This document shows, piece after piece, positions 26,245 to 36,012 of a stretch of DNA of 64,000 nt. Both the position numbers and the translations under genes were made by a program. The notes below the pieces were generated by a model. That model was not told the origin of the DNA. It saw nothing but the letters and a program-made list of their open reading frames with translations, and made no database searches. How positions within the stretch are numbered: the first letter of the stretch is position 1; each line of letters opens with the position of its first letter. The DNA is from Vicinamibacterales bacterium (lineage in GTDB: Bacteria > Acidobacteriota > Vicinamibacteria > Vicinamibacterales > UBA8438): contig CBDHGC010000003.1 of the NCBI GenBank assembly GCA_965262925.1, forward strand, positions 1,551,907 through 1,615,906, read 5' to 3'.

Positions 26245-28943
26245 TGCGCTGGGTAGACGCCGCCCGCGCCCGTCTCCGCCTTCTGCTGTTCGGTGAAGAG
26301 GTCGAGCAGCGGATGGACGAGGAGTTCCGCTTTCATCTCGACATGGAAACGGAGCGATTGGTGCGCGAGGCGGGAGTCGACCCGCGGGAAGCGCGTCGAC
26401 GGGCGCGCGCCGCCTTCGGCGGCGTCGAAGCGCACAAGGACGCGGTGCGTGACGGCCGCGGCGGTTGGGCCTGGCTGTCGGGACTCCAGCTCGGGATCGG
26501 TCGCGACGTCCGCGACGGCATTCGGTCCCTGGCCAAGCGCCCGGCGTTCACGGCGGTTGCCATTCTCTCGCTGGCGCTCGGCATCGGGGCCAACACCGCC
26601 ATCTTCAGCCTCGTCAACGCGGTGATCCTTCGCGATTCGCCGATCGAGCGGCCGGAAGAGGTCGTCAACCTCTATCTGCACCAGGCGTCGTTCGAGTTCG
26701 GCACGTTGTCCTACCCCGATTTCGAGGATGTCCGCGACGGCACCGCCGAGGTGTTCAGCGACATCGCGGCCTCCCATTTCGTGCCGCTGACGATCGACCG
26801 CGGGGAGGGTGGAGGCGTCGGCCTGGCGCCCGCGGAGGCGGTCACCGGCAGCTACTTCCCGATGCTGGGAATCGAGGCGGCGGTCGGACGCACCCTGCTG
26901 CCGAGCGACGACGTCTCGCGCGGCGGGCATCCGGTCGTGATGCTCGACTATCGATACTGGCAGAGCGCATTCGCCGGCGACCCGGGCGTCGTCGGACGCG
27001 AGATGCGCGTCGGCGGCCGCGCGTACACAGTGATCGGGGTGGGGCCGCCCGACTTCGCGGGCACCGTCCGCGGCCTTACGCCGACGTTCTACGTCCCGTA
27101 CATGATGGCCGAGGAGCTGAACGGATTCCCCGTGTTCGACGATCGGGGCTACACCGCGCTCTTCGTCAAGGCGCGTCTCCGTCCGGGCGTCACCCTGCCC
27201 CAGGCCGAGGTGGCCGTCGGGGCGGTAGCCGCGCAGCTCACCCGGGACCGCATGGCGAACTGGGATCCGGCCGGGCAGTTCGTGCTCCTCCCGCTCACCG
27301 ATGTACTGCTCTTCCCGCCGATGGACGTCTTCATCCGGGCGGCGGCGTGGCTGTTGATGGTGGTCGTCGGGCTGGTGCTGCTGCTGGCGTGCACCAACCT
27401 CGCCAGCTTCCTGCTCGCGCGCGCGCTCGACCGGCGCAAGGAGATCGCGCTGCGCCTGGCGTTGGGCGCGTCGCGCGGGTCGCTCGTGCGGCGGCTGCTG
27501 ACCGAGACGACGCTGCTGAGCCTGCTGGCCGGGGGCGCCGGTGTCGGGCTGGCGGTCTGGCTGCTCGACCTGCTGGTGACCGCGGACCTCCCGCTGCCGA
27601 CGCCGGTCACGCTCGATCTCCGTCTCGACGGGAGCGTCCTCGCGTTTACGTTCGGCGTCTCGGTCGTGGCCGGCGCCCTGCTCGGTCTGGTGCCGGCGCT
27701 GCAGAGCACCCGGCCGGACGTGGCCGGCGCCCTCCGGAGCGAGGGCGCCGGGGGCGGCCAACCCGGTCAGCTCCGGTGGCGCAACGCGCTGGTCGTCACG
27801 CAACTGACGATCTCGCTGGTGCTGCTGGTCGGCGCCGGGTTGTTCCTCCGCAGCTTTCAGCGGGTCCAGTCGGTCGACCCGGGCTTCGGCCGCGAGCCGA
27901 CCGCCCTGATGACCTTCCTGACGCCGGCGACCCGGTTCACGCCCGACGAGGCGCGCGTCTACACGCGGCACCTCCTGGATCGCTTCCGGGCGCTCCCCGG
28001 CGTCGAGGCGGTCGGCGCCATCAGCAACCTGCATCTGAACCCGCTCAGCCAGAGCTCGAGCGACTTCAACGTCAACGGGTTCGAGCCGCCGACCGACCAC
28101 GGTGCCTTTGTCGCGGACCGGGCCGAGGTCGAGCCGGGGTTCTTCGCGGCGGCAGGCATCGAGATCGTCCGCGGGCGCAACTTCAACGACGCCGACCGGC
28201 CGGACACCCGGCCCGTGGTCATCGTCAGTGAAGCGATGGCCCGGCGCTTCTGGACGGACGGCGACGCGGTCGGCCGGCTCGTCCGGCGGCGCGACGACGC
28301 TCCCCCCTGGCTCGTCGTCGGTGTGGCGAGCGACGCGAAGGTGAGGAGGCTCGGCGAGTCGCCCCGCAACATGATCTATCTCCCGTACTCGCAACGGTTC
28401 ACGCCGTCGCTGACGGTCGTGGCGAGGACGTCCATCGACCCGGAGCGGACCGCACTCGCACTTCTGACCGCCGGTCGCGAGCTGGATCCCGACCTGCGGG
28501 TCCTCGAGACGAAGACGATGGACCGCCACCTGGCGCTGATGCGGCTGCCCCAGCAGCTCTCCGCCTTCGTCCTGTCGGCGTTCGGGGTTCTGGCGCTGGC
28601 GCTCGCCGCGGTCGGCCTCTACGGAGTGGTCAGCTACGGCGTTGCCCGGCGGACGCGCGAGATCGGCATCCGGAAGGCGCTCGGCGCCGACGGCCCCCGC
28701 GTCGTGCGGCTGCTCGTCGCGGGTGGCCTCAAGCTGGTGGCCCTCGGCGGCGCGCTCGGGCTGGCGCTCGCCGTCGTCGCGACCCGCCTGCTGGGCGGGC
28801 TGCTGTTCGAGGTCGACGCGCTCGACCCGCTGACGTTCGTCGGCGTGCCGCTGGTCCTCGGCGCCGCGGCCCTCCTCGCAGCCTACCTGCCGGCCCGCCG
28901 CGCCAGCCGGGTCAGTCCCGTCGTGGCGCTGCGGACCGACTGA
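26244..28943 (+). CDS. duplicated FtsX-type ABC permease (ADOP family)
   Basis: The ATG overlaps the PadR stop (TGATG). The N-terminal leader MRWVDAARARLRLLLFGEEVEQRMDEEFRFHLDMETERL is typical of the family. Two MacB-like periplasmic domains and two FtsX 4-TM modules follow. Confidence 0.88.
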   Translation: MRWVDAARARLRLLLFGEEVEQRMDEEFRFHLDMETERLVREAGVDPREARRRARAAFGGVEAHKDAVRDGRGGWAWLSGLQLGIGRDVRDGIRSLAKRPAFTAVAILSLALGIGANTAIFSLVNAVILRDSPIERPEEVVNLYLHQASFEFGTLSYPDFEDVRDGTAEVFSDIAASHFVPLTIDRGEGGGVGLAPAEAVTGSYFPMLGIEAAVGRTLLPSDDVSRGGHPVVMLDYRYWQSAFAGDPGVVGREMRVGGRAYTVIGVGPPDFAGTVRGLTPTFYVPYMMAEELNGFPVFDDRGYTALFVKARLRPGVTLPQAEVAVGAVAAQLTRDRMANWDPAGQFVLLPLTDVLLFPPMDVFIRAAAWLLMVVVGLVLLLACTNLASFLLARALDRRKEIALRLALGASRGSLVRRLLTETTLLSLLAGGAGVGLAVWLLDLLVTADLPLPTPVTLDLRLDGSVLAFTFGVSVVAGALLGLVPALQSTRPDVAGALRSEGAGGGQPGQLRWRNALVVTQLTISLVLLVGAGLFLRSFQRVQSVDPGFGREPTALMTFLTPATRFTPDEARVYTRHLLDRFRALPGVEAVGAISNLHLNPLSQSSSDFNVNGFEPPTDHGAFVADRAEVEPGFFAAAGIEIVRGRNFNDADRPDTRPVVIVSEAMARRFWTDGDAVGRLVRRRDDAPPWLVVGVASDAKVRRLGESPRNMIYLPYSQRFTPSLTVVARTSIDPERTALALLTAGRELDPDLRVLETKTMDRHLALMRLPQQLSAFVLSAFGVLALALAAVGLYGVVSYGVARRTREIGIRKALGADGPRVVRLLVAGGLKLVALGGALGLALAVVATRLLGGLLFEVDALDPLTFVGVPLVLGAAALLAAYLPARRASRVSPVVALRTD

Positions 28944-29031
28944 GTGTGGGCGACCCGAGCGCCGCGGTAATTGCGTCGTGTCGGTGCGTCGACGCCCGCA
29001 GCGTGGTCGAGTACGTTGAGGGTTGATTCTG

Positions 29032-29443
29032 ATGCAGGTCTTCATCAGTCATTCCCATTCGGACTCGCCGCTGGCCGCCCGGGTGTCCAGGGCGCTCCGG
29101 AAGGCTGGGCTGCAGGTGTGGGATCCGGAAGTCCACCTCCTCCCGGGCGACAACTGGCCGGCCCAGGTGGGCCGCCGCTCTCGAAGAGTCCGACGCCATG
29201 GTCGTTCTCTTGACGCCCCACTCGATCAGTTCGCCGCACGTCAAGGCTGACATGACGTACGCGCTGGGTTCGAAGAGCTACAGAAACCGACTGATTCCTG
29301 TCGCAGTCGGTGGCCGGGAGCAGCTTCCGAAGGGCGAGATTCCGTGGATCGTCCGAAAGCTGCACTGGGTGGATCTGCCGAACCCGGAGAGCGCCGATCC
29401 CGAGGTCAAGCCCATCGCCGAGGCGCTCCTCAGCCAGGCCTGA
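29032..29443 (+). pseudogene. TIR-domain-only protein 1 (frameshift near 29072)
   Basis: MQVFISHSHSDSPLAARVSRALRKAGLQVWDPEVHLLPGDNWPAQVG (ORF 29023..29250) continues in another frame as AALEESDAMVVLLTPHSISSPHVKADMTYALG.. (ORF 29198..29443). This is the TIR_2-type pattern (FISHS...D / vvvllSp.s..S). Confidence 0.72.
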
Positions 29444-29466
29444 GCCCCCGTAGGTGGCGAGTCCAA

Positions 29467-29876
29467 GTGCCGACCGAGGTTTTCGTCTCGCATTCGCATG
29501 TAGATCGGGAGTTCGCTGAGCGGCTGGTCGGCGTTCTGCGCCGCCATCAGATTCCAGTGTGGTACAGCGAAACCGACATCCAGGGCGCCCAGCAGTGGCA
29601 CGACGAGATCGGCAGAGCGCTGCAGCGCTGCGATTGGTTTATCGTCGTTCTCTAGCCCCCGAGTCTGTGGCTTCCATGTGGGTGAAGAGAGAACTTATGT
29701 ACGCCCTCGAGCAGGACCGGTTCGAGGGGCGCATCGCTCCGCTGATGCATCGAGCGTGTGACTACGACCCGTTGTCCTGGACCCTGTCCCAGTTGCAGAT
29801 GATCGATTTTACCCGCAGTTTCGACGACGGATGCCGCGATCTGCTTCGAATCTGGGACGTGCAATACACCCCGTAG
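29467..29876 (+). pseudogene. TIR-domain-only protein 2 (frameshift near 29652)
   Basis: GTG 29467. PTEVFVSHSHVDREFAERLVGVLRRHQIPVWYSETDIQGAQQWHDEIGRALQRCDWFIVVL* then continues in another frame as APESVASMWVKRELMYALEQDRFEGRIAPLM... It retains the S-x-W-V-x-x-E motif. Confidence 0.72.
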
Positions 29877-29883
29877 CCTGAGG

Positions 29884-31860
29884 TCACGGCAGCGCGAACG
29901 CCCAGAACCCGAGCCGGGACGCGATGGCGACATACTGCCGGCCGCCGACCATGTAGGTCATCGGCGACGCCTTCCAGTCCTGATTGACCTGCACGTGCCA
30001 GAGCGGCTCGCCGCTGTGAGCGTCGAGCGCCGCGAACGCGCCGCTGTCCTCGCCGAAGAAGATCAGGTCGCCGTCGGTCGAGATCACGCCCGAGTAGGTC
30101 TGCGCCTTTCCGGTCTGCGGGTAGCTCCACACCGTGCGCCCGGTCTGGATGTCGAGCGCGCGGATGAACTTCTGGTTCGGCGAGCCGTCCGCCAGGCGAA
30201 CGGTGCCGCCCAGCCAGCTCCGGCCGCGTTGCCAGTCCTGATCGTTCTTCGTGTAGGTCATGCACGACTCGTGGGCCAGCAGGTAGAAGAGCTTCGTTCC
30301 CGGGTGGTAGCTCGTCGCCCACCAGTTGGTGGCGCCGCGGATGGCCGGACAGACGTCCGTGCCCTCCTCGGTCGGGTCGGTGCCGGGGAGGACGACAGGC
30401 CGTCCGGAGTCGTCGATGCCCTCGGCCCAGGTCTGGTTCACGAACGGCTCGCCGAGCAGGAACCGGCCGTCCGTCCGGTCGAGCACGTAGAAGAAGCCGT
30501 TGCGGTTGCCCTGTACGAGCAGCTTGCGCGGGCGGCCCCGGAACTCCTCGTCGATCAGCAGCAGTGGTTCCTGCGCGTCCCAGTCGTGGGTGTCGTGCGG
30601 CGTGAACTGGAAGTACCAGACCATCTCGCCGGTTCCCGGCCGGAGCGCCACGACCGAGTTCGTGTACAGGTTGTCGCCCGGACGCCGCTCGCCGTTCAGG
30701 TCCGGGCAGGGGTTGCCGGTCGCCCAGTAGAGCAGATCCAGCTCGGCGTCGTAGCTCCCCGTCAGCCAAGTGGCGCCGCAACCCCGGCGCAGCACCTCCG
30801 GATCGCCCCACGTCTCCGACCCCGGCTCGTCCGGCTCGGGAATCGTCCAGAAGCGCCACGCGCGTTCTCCGGTCTCGGCGTGGTACGCGTCCAGGAAGCC
30901 GCGCAGCCCGGTGTCCCCCGCGCTGATGCCGGCGACGACGAGGTCGCCCACCACCAGCGGCGCCGCCACCGCGCCGTAGTGCTCGCGGTAGTCGTCCATC
31001 TCGGTGTCCCAGACCAGCTCGCCGGTGAAGCGGTCGAGGGCGATGACGTGGGCGTGGTCGGTGACCGTGAACACCAGGTCGCCGCGCACGGCGACGCCGC
31101 GGTTGAGTCCGATGGCCGGGTCGCCGACGAGTCCCTCGGTGCGCGGCTGCGAGTAGCGCCAGATCTCGCGCCCCGTCGTCGCGTCGAGTGCGTAGACTTG
31201 GTTCACCGCGGTGACGTACATGACGCCGGCAATCACCACCGGGGTGCCCTCGATCATCGGCATGTCGGGGATCGGATAGAACCACTGCATCGCCAGGTCC
31301 TTCACGTTCCCCCGGTGGATCTGGTCGAGCGGGCTGTGGCGGTTCCCGGTGTCGCTGCCGTGGTAGGACGGCCAGTCGACGTACGGCTCCACCGCCGCCT
31401 CGCGGTGCGCGCCGCCGTCCCGCCGGAACAGGCGGACATCGCCGTCCGCGGTCCGGAACTGCGCGTCGAACCCGCTCTCATTGAGGATGGTGCCGTCAAG
31501 TGTGCCGCCCCCGGCGAGCTGAATGGATCCGGCCCGTGGCCGCGGCGCGCGGGGATCGCGGGCGGCCGGCGCCACGGCGGCGGCCAGTTCCTTCAGGTAC
31601 GCGATGAGCGGCGTGAGCTCCTCGTCGGGGATCTCGAAGCGTGGCATGCCCCGCGACGGCACGCCTTCCCGAATGATCCGCGCCAACCGGTCGGGGCCGC
31701 TCGCATGCAGCGTTGGCAGAATCGAACCGGCCCGGTCGCTCCCTGCGGCGTCGCCGCCGTGGCACAGGGAGCAACGGGTCTGGTACGACTCCTCGCCGTC
31801 GGCCGCGGCGAAACTCGGCATCGTGAGCAGGAGAACGGCAACGAGAGCTGAAATTCTCAT
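29884..31860 (-). CDS. quinohemoprotein-like dehydrogenase: N-terminal class-I cytochrome c domain + PQQ beta-propeller
   Basis: 658 aa counted from the internal ATG 31860 of the long ORF 29884..33210. Signal MRISALVAVLLLTMPSFAAA. Heme motif CSLCH with downstream GMPRF. Propeller motifs: TPVVIAGVMYVTAVNQVYALDATTGREIWRY, DNLYTNSVVALRPGTGEMVWYFQFTPHDTHDWD. Confidence 0.85.
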   Translation of the reverse strand: MRISALVAVLLLTMPSFAAADGEESYQTRCSLCHGGDAAGSDRAGSILPTLHASGPDRLARIIREGVPSRGMPRFEIPDEELTPLIAYLKELAAAVAPAARDPRAPRPRAGSIQLAGGGTLDGTILNESGFDAQFRTADGDVRLFRRDGGAHREAAVEPYVDWPSYHGSDTGNRHSPLDQIHRGNVKDLAMQWFYPIPDMPMIEGTPVVIAGVMYVTAVNQVYALDATTGREIWRYSQPRTEGLVGDPAIGLNRGVAVRGDLVFTVTDHAHVIALDRFTGELVWDTEMDDYREHYGAVAAPLVVGDLVVAGISAGDTGLRGFLDAYHAETGERAWRFWTIPEPDEPGSETWGDPEVLRRGCGATWLTGSYDAELDLLYWATGNPCPDLNGERRPGDNLYTNSVVALRPGTGEMVWYFQFTPHDTHDWDAQEPLLLIDEEFRGRPRKLLVQGNRNGFFYVLDRTDGRFLLGEPFVNQTWAEGIDDSGRPVVLPGTDPTEEGTDVCPAIRGATNWWATSYHPGTKLFYLLAHESCMTYTKNDQDWQRGRSWLGGTVRLADGSPNQKFIRALDIQTGRTVWSYPQTGKAQTYSGVISTDGDLIFFGEDSGAFAALDAHSGEPLWHVQVNQDWKASPMTYMVGGRQYVAIASRLGFWAFALP

Positions 31861-31896
31861 GGGCTCCGTCATGATACGTTGAGGCCGGAGATGACG

Positions 31897-33087
31897 ATGG
31901 ACCGAAGAACCCTGCTGAAGATCGGCGGCGTCGGCCTGATCGGGGCCGGGCTGAGCGGGTGCGCGTCGCGCTCCGGGGCCAGCTCCGCCGGGGGACCGTC
32001 GAGCGCAACCCTGGGCCGGCCCCCGCTGCGGCTGGCGCCCGTGCGCGCCGACCGGGACCGGATCATCCGCACCACCGTGGGGCTGCGTCCCCATCGCCCG
32101 TCGGGGTTCCGGCTGGCGGCCGATCGGCTCGACGCGACCACGGTGATCCACAACTACGGCCACGGCGGGTCGGGCATGTCGCTGTCCTGGGGCACGGGCC
32201 GGATGGCCGCCGAGATGGCCCTCGCCCACCACAGCCGCCGGGCGGCCGTGATCGGCTGTGGCGCCGTGGGCCTCACCGCCGCGCGCCAACTGCAGCGACA
32301 CGGGTTCGACGTCACCATCTACGCCATGGCGGTGCCCCCGGACACGACCTCGAACATGTCGATGGCGGGCTTTACCCCGACGTCGGGACTCGTCGACGGC
32401 GACCTCCGCTCCTCCGCGTGGGACGCGCAGTTCCGTGAAGCCGCCGAGATCTCCTACCGCCAACTGCAACTGCTCGTGGGGAGGGGCTACGGCGTGTCCT
32501 GGCTGCAACGCTACGAGCTGCGCGACGACGAGCCGCGCGCGCCCGGCCGGGGCGCAGGGGACGGGGACGAGGAGCCGCTGCTGCCGGCGCACCTGCGCAC
32601 GGGTACGACGCTGCTGGGGCCGGGAGAGCATCCCTTTCCGACCCGCTACGCGAATCGGAGCATGCGGGTGCGCATCGAGCCGTCCATCTATCTCGACGCC
32701 CTGGTCCGCGACGTCGTCGCCTTCGGAGGGCGGATCGTCATCCGCAGGTTCACCGCACCGAGGGAGCTGCTGGAACTGGACGAACCGCTCGTGGTCAACT
32801 GCACCGGGCTCGGTGCTCGCGACCTCTTCGGCGACGCTGAGATGGTCCCCCTCAAGGGGCAGCTCACCGTGCTCGTACCCCAGGCGGAAGTGGACTACGG
32901 GACGTTCGGCGGTCTTCCCGGCGCGTCCCCGGCCGGCGGTCTCGGCATCCACATGCAGCCCCGCAGCGACGGCATCGTCCTCGGGGGCACTTCCGAGCGC
33001 GGAGCGTGGTCGACCGAGCCTGACCAGGAGGCGATGGAGCGCATCGTGGGCGCGCACCGAGCGGTTTTCTCGGCCATGACGACCTGA
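31897..33087 (+). CDS. FAD-dependent oxidoreductase, D-amino-acid-oxidase-like, with Tat/lipoprotein-type signal
   Basis: MDRRTLLKIGGVGLIGAGLSGCAS is a twin-arginine signal plus lipobox. Motifs: HNYGHGGSGMSLSWG (DAAO-type) and AAVIGCGAVGLTAARQL (dinucleotide fold). The start is chosen for GGAG spacing; the track start is 31879. Confidence 0.8.
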   Translation: MDRRTLLKIGGVGLIGAGLSGCASRSGASSAGGPSSATLGRPPLRLAPVRADRDRIIRTTVGLRPHRPSGFRLAADRLDATTVIHNYGHGGSGMSLSWGTGRMAAEMALAHHSRRAAVIGCGAVGLTAARQLQRHGFDVTIYAMAVPPDTTSNMSMAGFTPTSGLVDGDLRSSAWDAQFREAAEISYRQLQLLVGRGYGVSWLQRYELRDDEPRAPGRGAGDGDEEPLLPAHLRTGTTLLGPGEHPFPTRYANRSMRVRIEPSIYLDALVRDVVAFGGRIVIRRFTAPRELLELDEPLVVNCTGLGARDLFGDAEMVPLKGQLTVLVPQAEVDYGTFGGLPGASPAGGLGIHMQPRSDGIVLGGTSERGAWSTEPDQEAMERIVGAHRAVFSAMTT

Positions 33088-33193
33088 GCCGCTCTCGACG
33101 AACCGTCGCCGGTCGCGTTGTGCGGTCGCCGCGCGGACAGGTAGCGATGAAATCTCGGAGTCAGGCTCCGAAGTTTCGAGATAGACTGACCCT

Positions 33194-34348
33194 GTGATCG
33201 AGCGCGCCACCTATCTGAAGCAACTCGAGACCGCGCTCGGCAGGTCTCCGATCACCGCGCTGCTGGGACCGCGGCAGTGCGGCAAGACGACACTGGCCCG
33301 GCAACTCGCCGAGACCCGGAAAGCGACCATATTCGACCTGGACTCGGAGCCGGACGTCCGCCGCCTGGCCAACCCGGAGCTGGTCCTGGGCGAGCTTGAC
33401 GGGCTCGTCGTACTGGACGAGATCCAGCACCTTCCGCGCCTGTTCAGCGCCCTGCGTGTCCTGGTGGACCGGCCCGACACACAAGCGCGCTTCCTGATCC
33501 TGGGCAGCGCGTCGCCTGCCCTGGTGCGTGGCGTATCGGAGTCGCTGGCGGGTCGGGTGGAGTTCGTCGAGCTGACCGGATTCGATCTCGGTGAGACAGG
33601 TCCGGAGACACTGCGCAGGCTCTGGGTGCGTGGCGGGCTGCCGCGGTCGTACCTGGCCGCGTCGGATGACGACAGCATGGCATGGCGCGACGGGTTCGTT
33701 CGCACGTTTCTGGAACGCGACGTTCCGCAACTCGGCATTGGCATTCCCGCCTCCGCCATGCGCCGTTTCTGGACGATGCTGGCGCACTGGCACGGTCAGA
33801 CGTGGAACGCGTCCGAACTGGGCCGGGCGCTCGGGGTGTCCGACAAGACCGTGCGCGGCTACCTGGATCTGCTGACCGGCACCTACATGGTCCGCCAGCT
33901 TCAGCCGTGGTTCGAGAACGTTGCGAAGCGCCAAGTGAAGGCGCCCAAGATCTACCTGCGCGACACGGGTCTGCTGCACGCGCTGCTGGGCATCCCCGAC
34001 GGGATGGCTCTGCTTGGTCACCCCCGCGTCGGTGCGTCCTGGGAGGGGTTCGCAATCGAGCAGATCCTGCGCGCACTGCGGTGGCCGGATGCGTGGTTCT
34101 GGGGCGCGCACGGCGGTGGAGAGCTGGATCTGATGGTGGTGGAGCGCGGCCGCCGCATCGGTTTCGAGGTGAAGTTCAACGAAGCGCCGCGGGTGACGAA
34201 GGCGATGCGCATTGTCATGGAGACGCTCGCACTCGATCACCTGTTCATCGTGTGCCCCACCCGCGAGGCCTCACGGATCGACCACGACATCACGATGCTG
34301 CCGGACAGGGAGGTGGTCGATCTGCGTTCCCGGATCGCGGCTCTTTGA
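33194..34348 (+). CDS. AAA ATPase with DUF4143-type C-terminal domain (intact copy)
   Basis: 384 aa. Motifs: LLGPRQCGKTTLARQL (Walker A), LVVLDEIQ (Walker B), ..LGVSDKTVRGYLDLL..., GGELDLMVVERGRRIGFEVK. Confidence 0.85.
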   Translation: MIERATYLKQLETALGRSPITALLGPRQCGKTTLARQLAETRKATIFDLDSEPDVRRLANPELVLGELDGLVVLDEIQHLPRLFSALRVLVDRPDTQARFLILGSASPALVRGVSESLAGRVEFVELTGFDLGETGPETLRRLWVRGGLPRSYLAASDDDSMAWRDGFVRTFLERDVPQLGIGIPASAMRRFWTMLAHWHGQTWNASELGRALGVSDKTVRGYLDLLTGTYMVRQLQPWFENVAKRQVKAPKIYLRDTGLLHALLGIPDGMALLGHPRVGASWEGFAIEQILRALRWPDAWFWGAHGGGELDLMVVERGRRIGFEVKFNEAPRVTKAMRIVMETLALDHLFIVCPTREASRIDHDITMLPDREVVDLRSRIAAL

Positions 34349-34436
34349 GGCGCCCTCGCTGTCTGCGCCGCAGAAACCGCGCAGACACAACCGTTGATTG
34401 TGCCGGCGCCGCTCGGCTACGATGCGGGATTCCACC

Positions 34437-35978
34437 ATGCGGAACCGACGAAGGCTCACGCTGCCGCCGCTCCTGTTGTTGTTGCTCGCGAGCGCCGGAC
34501 TCGGGGCCAACGAGCCCGATTTCCGGCTGCCGGAGCTGGCGCGCAACGGTGACCGCGCCGCGGTCTCGCGCCTGCTGCAGCAGGACGGCGTAGACGTGGA
34601 CGCCACGCAGGTGGACGGCACCACCGCGCTGCACTGGGCGGCCTACGGCGACGACGCCGAGCTGGCGGCCCTGTTGCTCGACGCCGGCGCGGATCCCGAC
34701 GCCGTCAACCGGAACGGATCCACCCCGCTCGCGCTCGCCTGCGCCAACGGCAGCACCGCGGTGGTTGCGCGACTGCTGGACGTCGGCGCGGACCCGCATC
34801 TGGCGCCGACCGGGGAGCCCCCGATCCTGACCTGCGCGCGCACCGGCCGCGTCACCACCGTCCGGGCGCTGCTCGCGCACGGGTCCGACATCGACGCGGT
34901 GGACGCCTAGCGGGGCCAGACCCCCCTGATGTGGGCCGCCGCGGAAGACCACGTCCCGGTCATGCGCCTGCTGCTCGAGGCGGGCGCCGCCGTCGACGCG
35001 CCCTCGACGGGCGGATTCACGGCGCTGATGTTCGCCGTGCGGCAGGACGCTCGCGACGCGGTGCGCTTGCTCGTCGAGGCGGGCGCCGAGGTGAACGTGC
35101 GGATGCCCGACCTTGCCGCGCGGGCCGCCGATCGCCCGCCCGCCACCGGGAGTCTGCTGGGCATGGCCGTGACCATCGGCCATTACACGGTGGCGGCGCT
35201 ACTGCTCGACGCGGGGGCCGATCCGAACGCGCGCGACGGCAGGGGCAGCAGTATCCTGCACGCGCTGGTGCGGGCTCGTGCGCCGCAACGCCGCGTGGCG
35301 AACCAGTTCGTCGACGCCACCGGGAGGGACCGGTCCCAGCTCGACGGCCAGGAGCTGATGCGAACGCTGCTGGAGCGCGGCGCGGATCCCAATGCCCGGA
35401 TCGAGCCGGTGCCGATAGTGCACGAGCGGTGGACAGACAAGGAGATCTTCAGCGCGGGCCGGCCGCTGATGGACAACCGGGTCAACCTGGGCGGGGCGAC
35501 GCCGTACCTGCTCGCCGCCCAAGCCGCCGACGTGGAGGCGATGCGGGTGCTGGCCGCGCATGGGGCGGACGAGCGGCTGGCGACCTACGCCAACAACACC
35601 GCGGTGATGCTGGCCGCCGGAGTGGGGCACGTCGAGGGATCGCGGCGGTTCCGATCCGAGCGGGATGCGCTCGATGCGGTCAGGATGGCGGTGGACGCCG
35701 GCGTCGACGTCAACGCGAGCAACGCCAACGGCCAGACCGCGCTGCACGGAGCCGTCTACCGCGCCGCGAGCAGCATCATCCGGCAACTCGTCGAGGCCGG
35801 CGCCCGGACGGACTTCCAGGACGAGCTGGAGCGAACCGCGCTGGATCTCGCCGAGCAGGGGTTCAACCAGGTGGCCAGCGTGATCCGGCGCGACAAGGCG
35901 GCGGCGCTGCTGCGGCAGCTCGGCGCCGAGCCGAGTCCCGCGGACGAGGATCAGCCGGATCGAGCCGCCTCTCGTTGA
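34437..35978 (+). pseudogene. secreted ankyrin-repeat protein interrupted by an in-frame TAG (34908-34910)
   Basis: ORFs 34398..34910 and 34929..35978 share a frame: ..HGSDIDAVDA*RGQTPLMWAAAEDHVPVMRLLLEAGAAVDA.. There are repeated G-x-TPL-x-x-A ankyrin units on both sides. Signal MRNRRRLTLPPLLLLLLASAGLGA. Confidence 0.78.
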
Positions 35979-36012
35979 CGTCATGCGAGCTGTGCGGGGC
36001 ACGGAGGTGACG

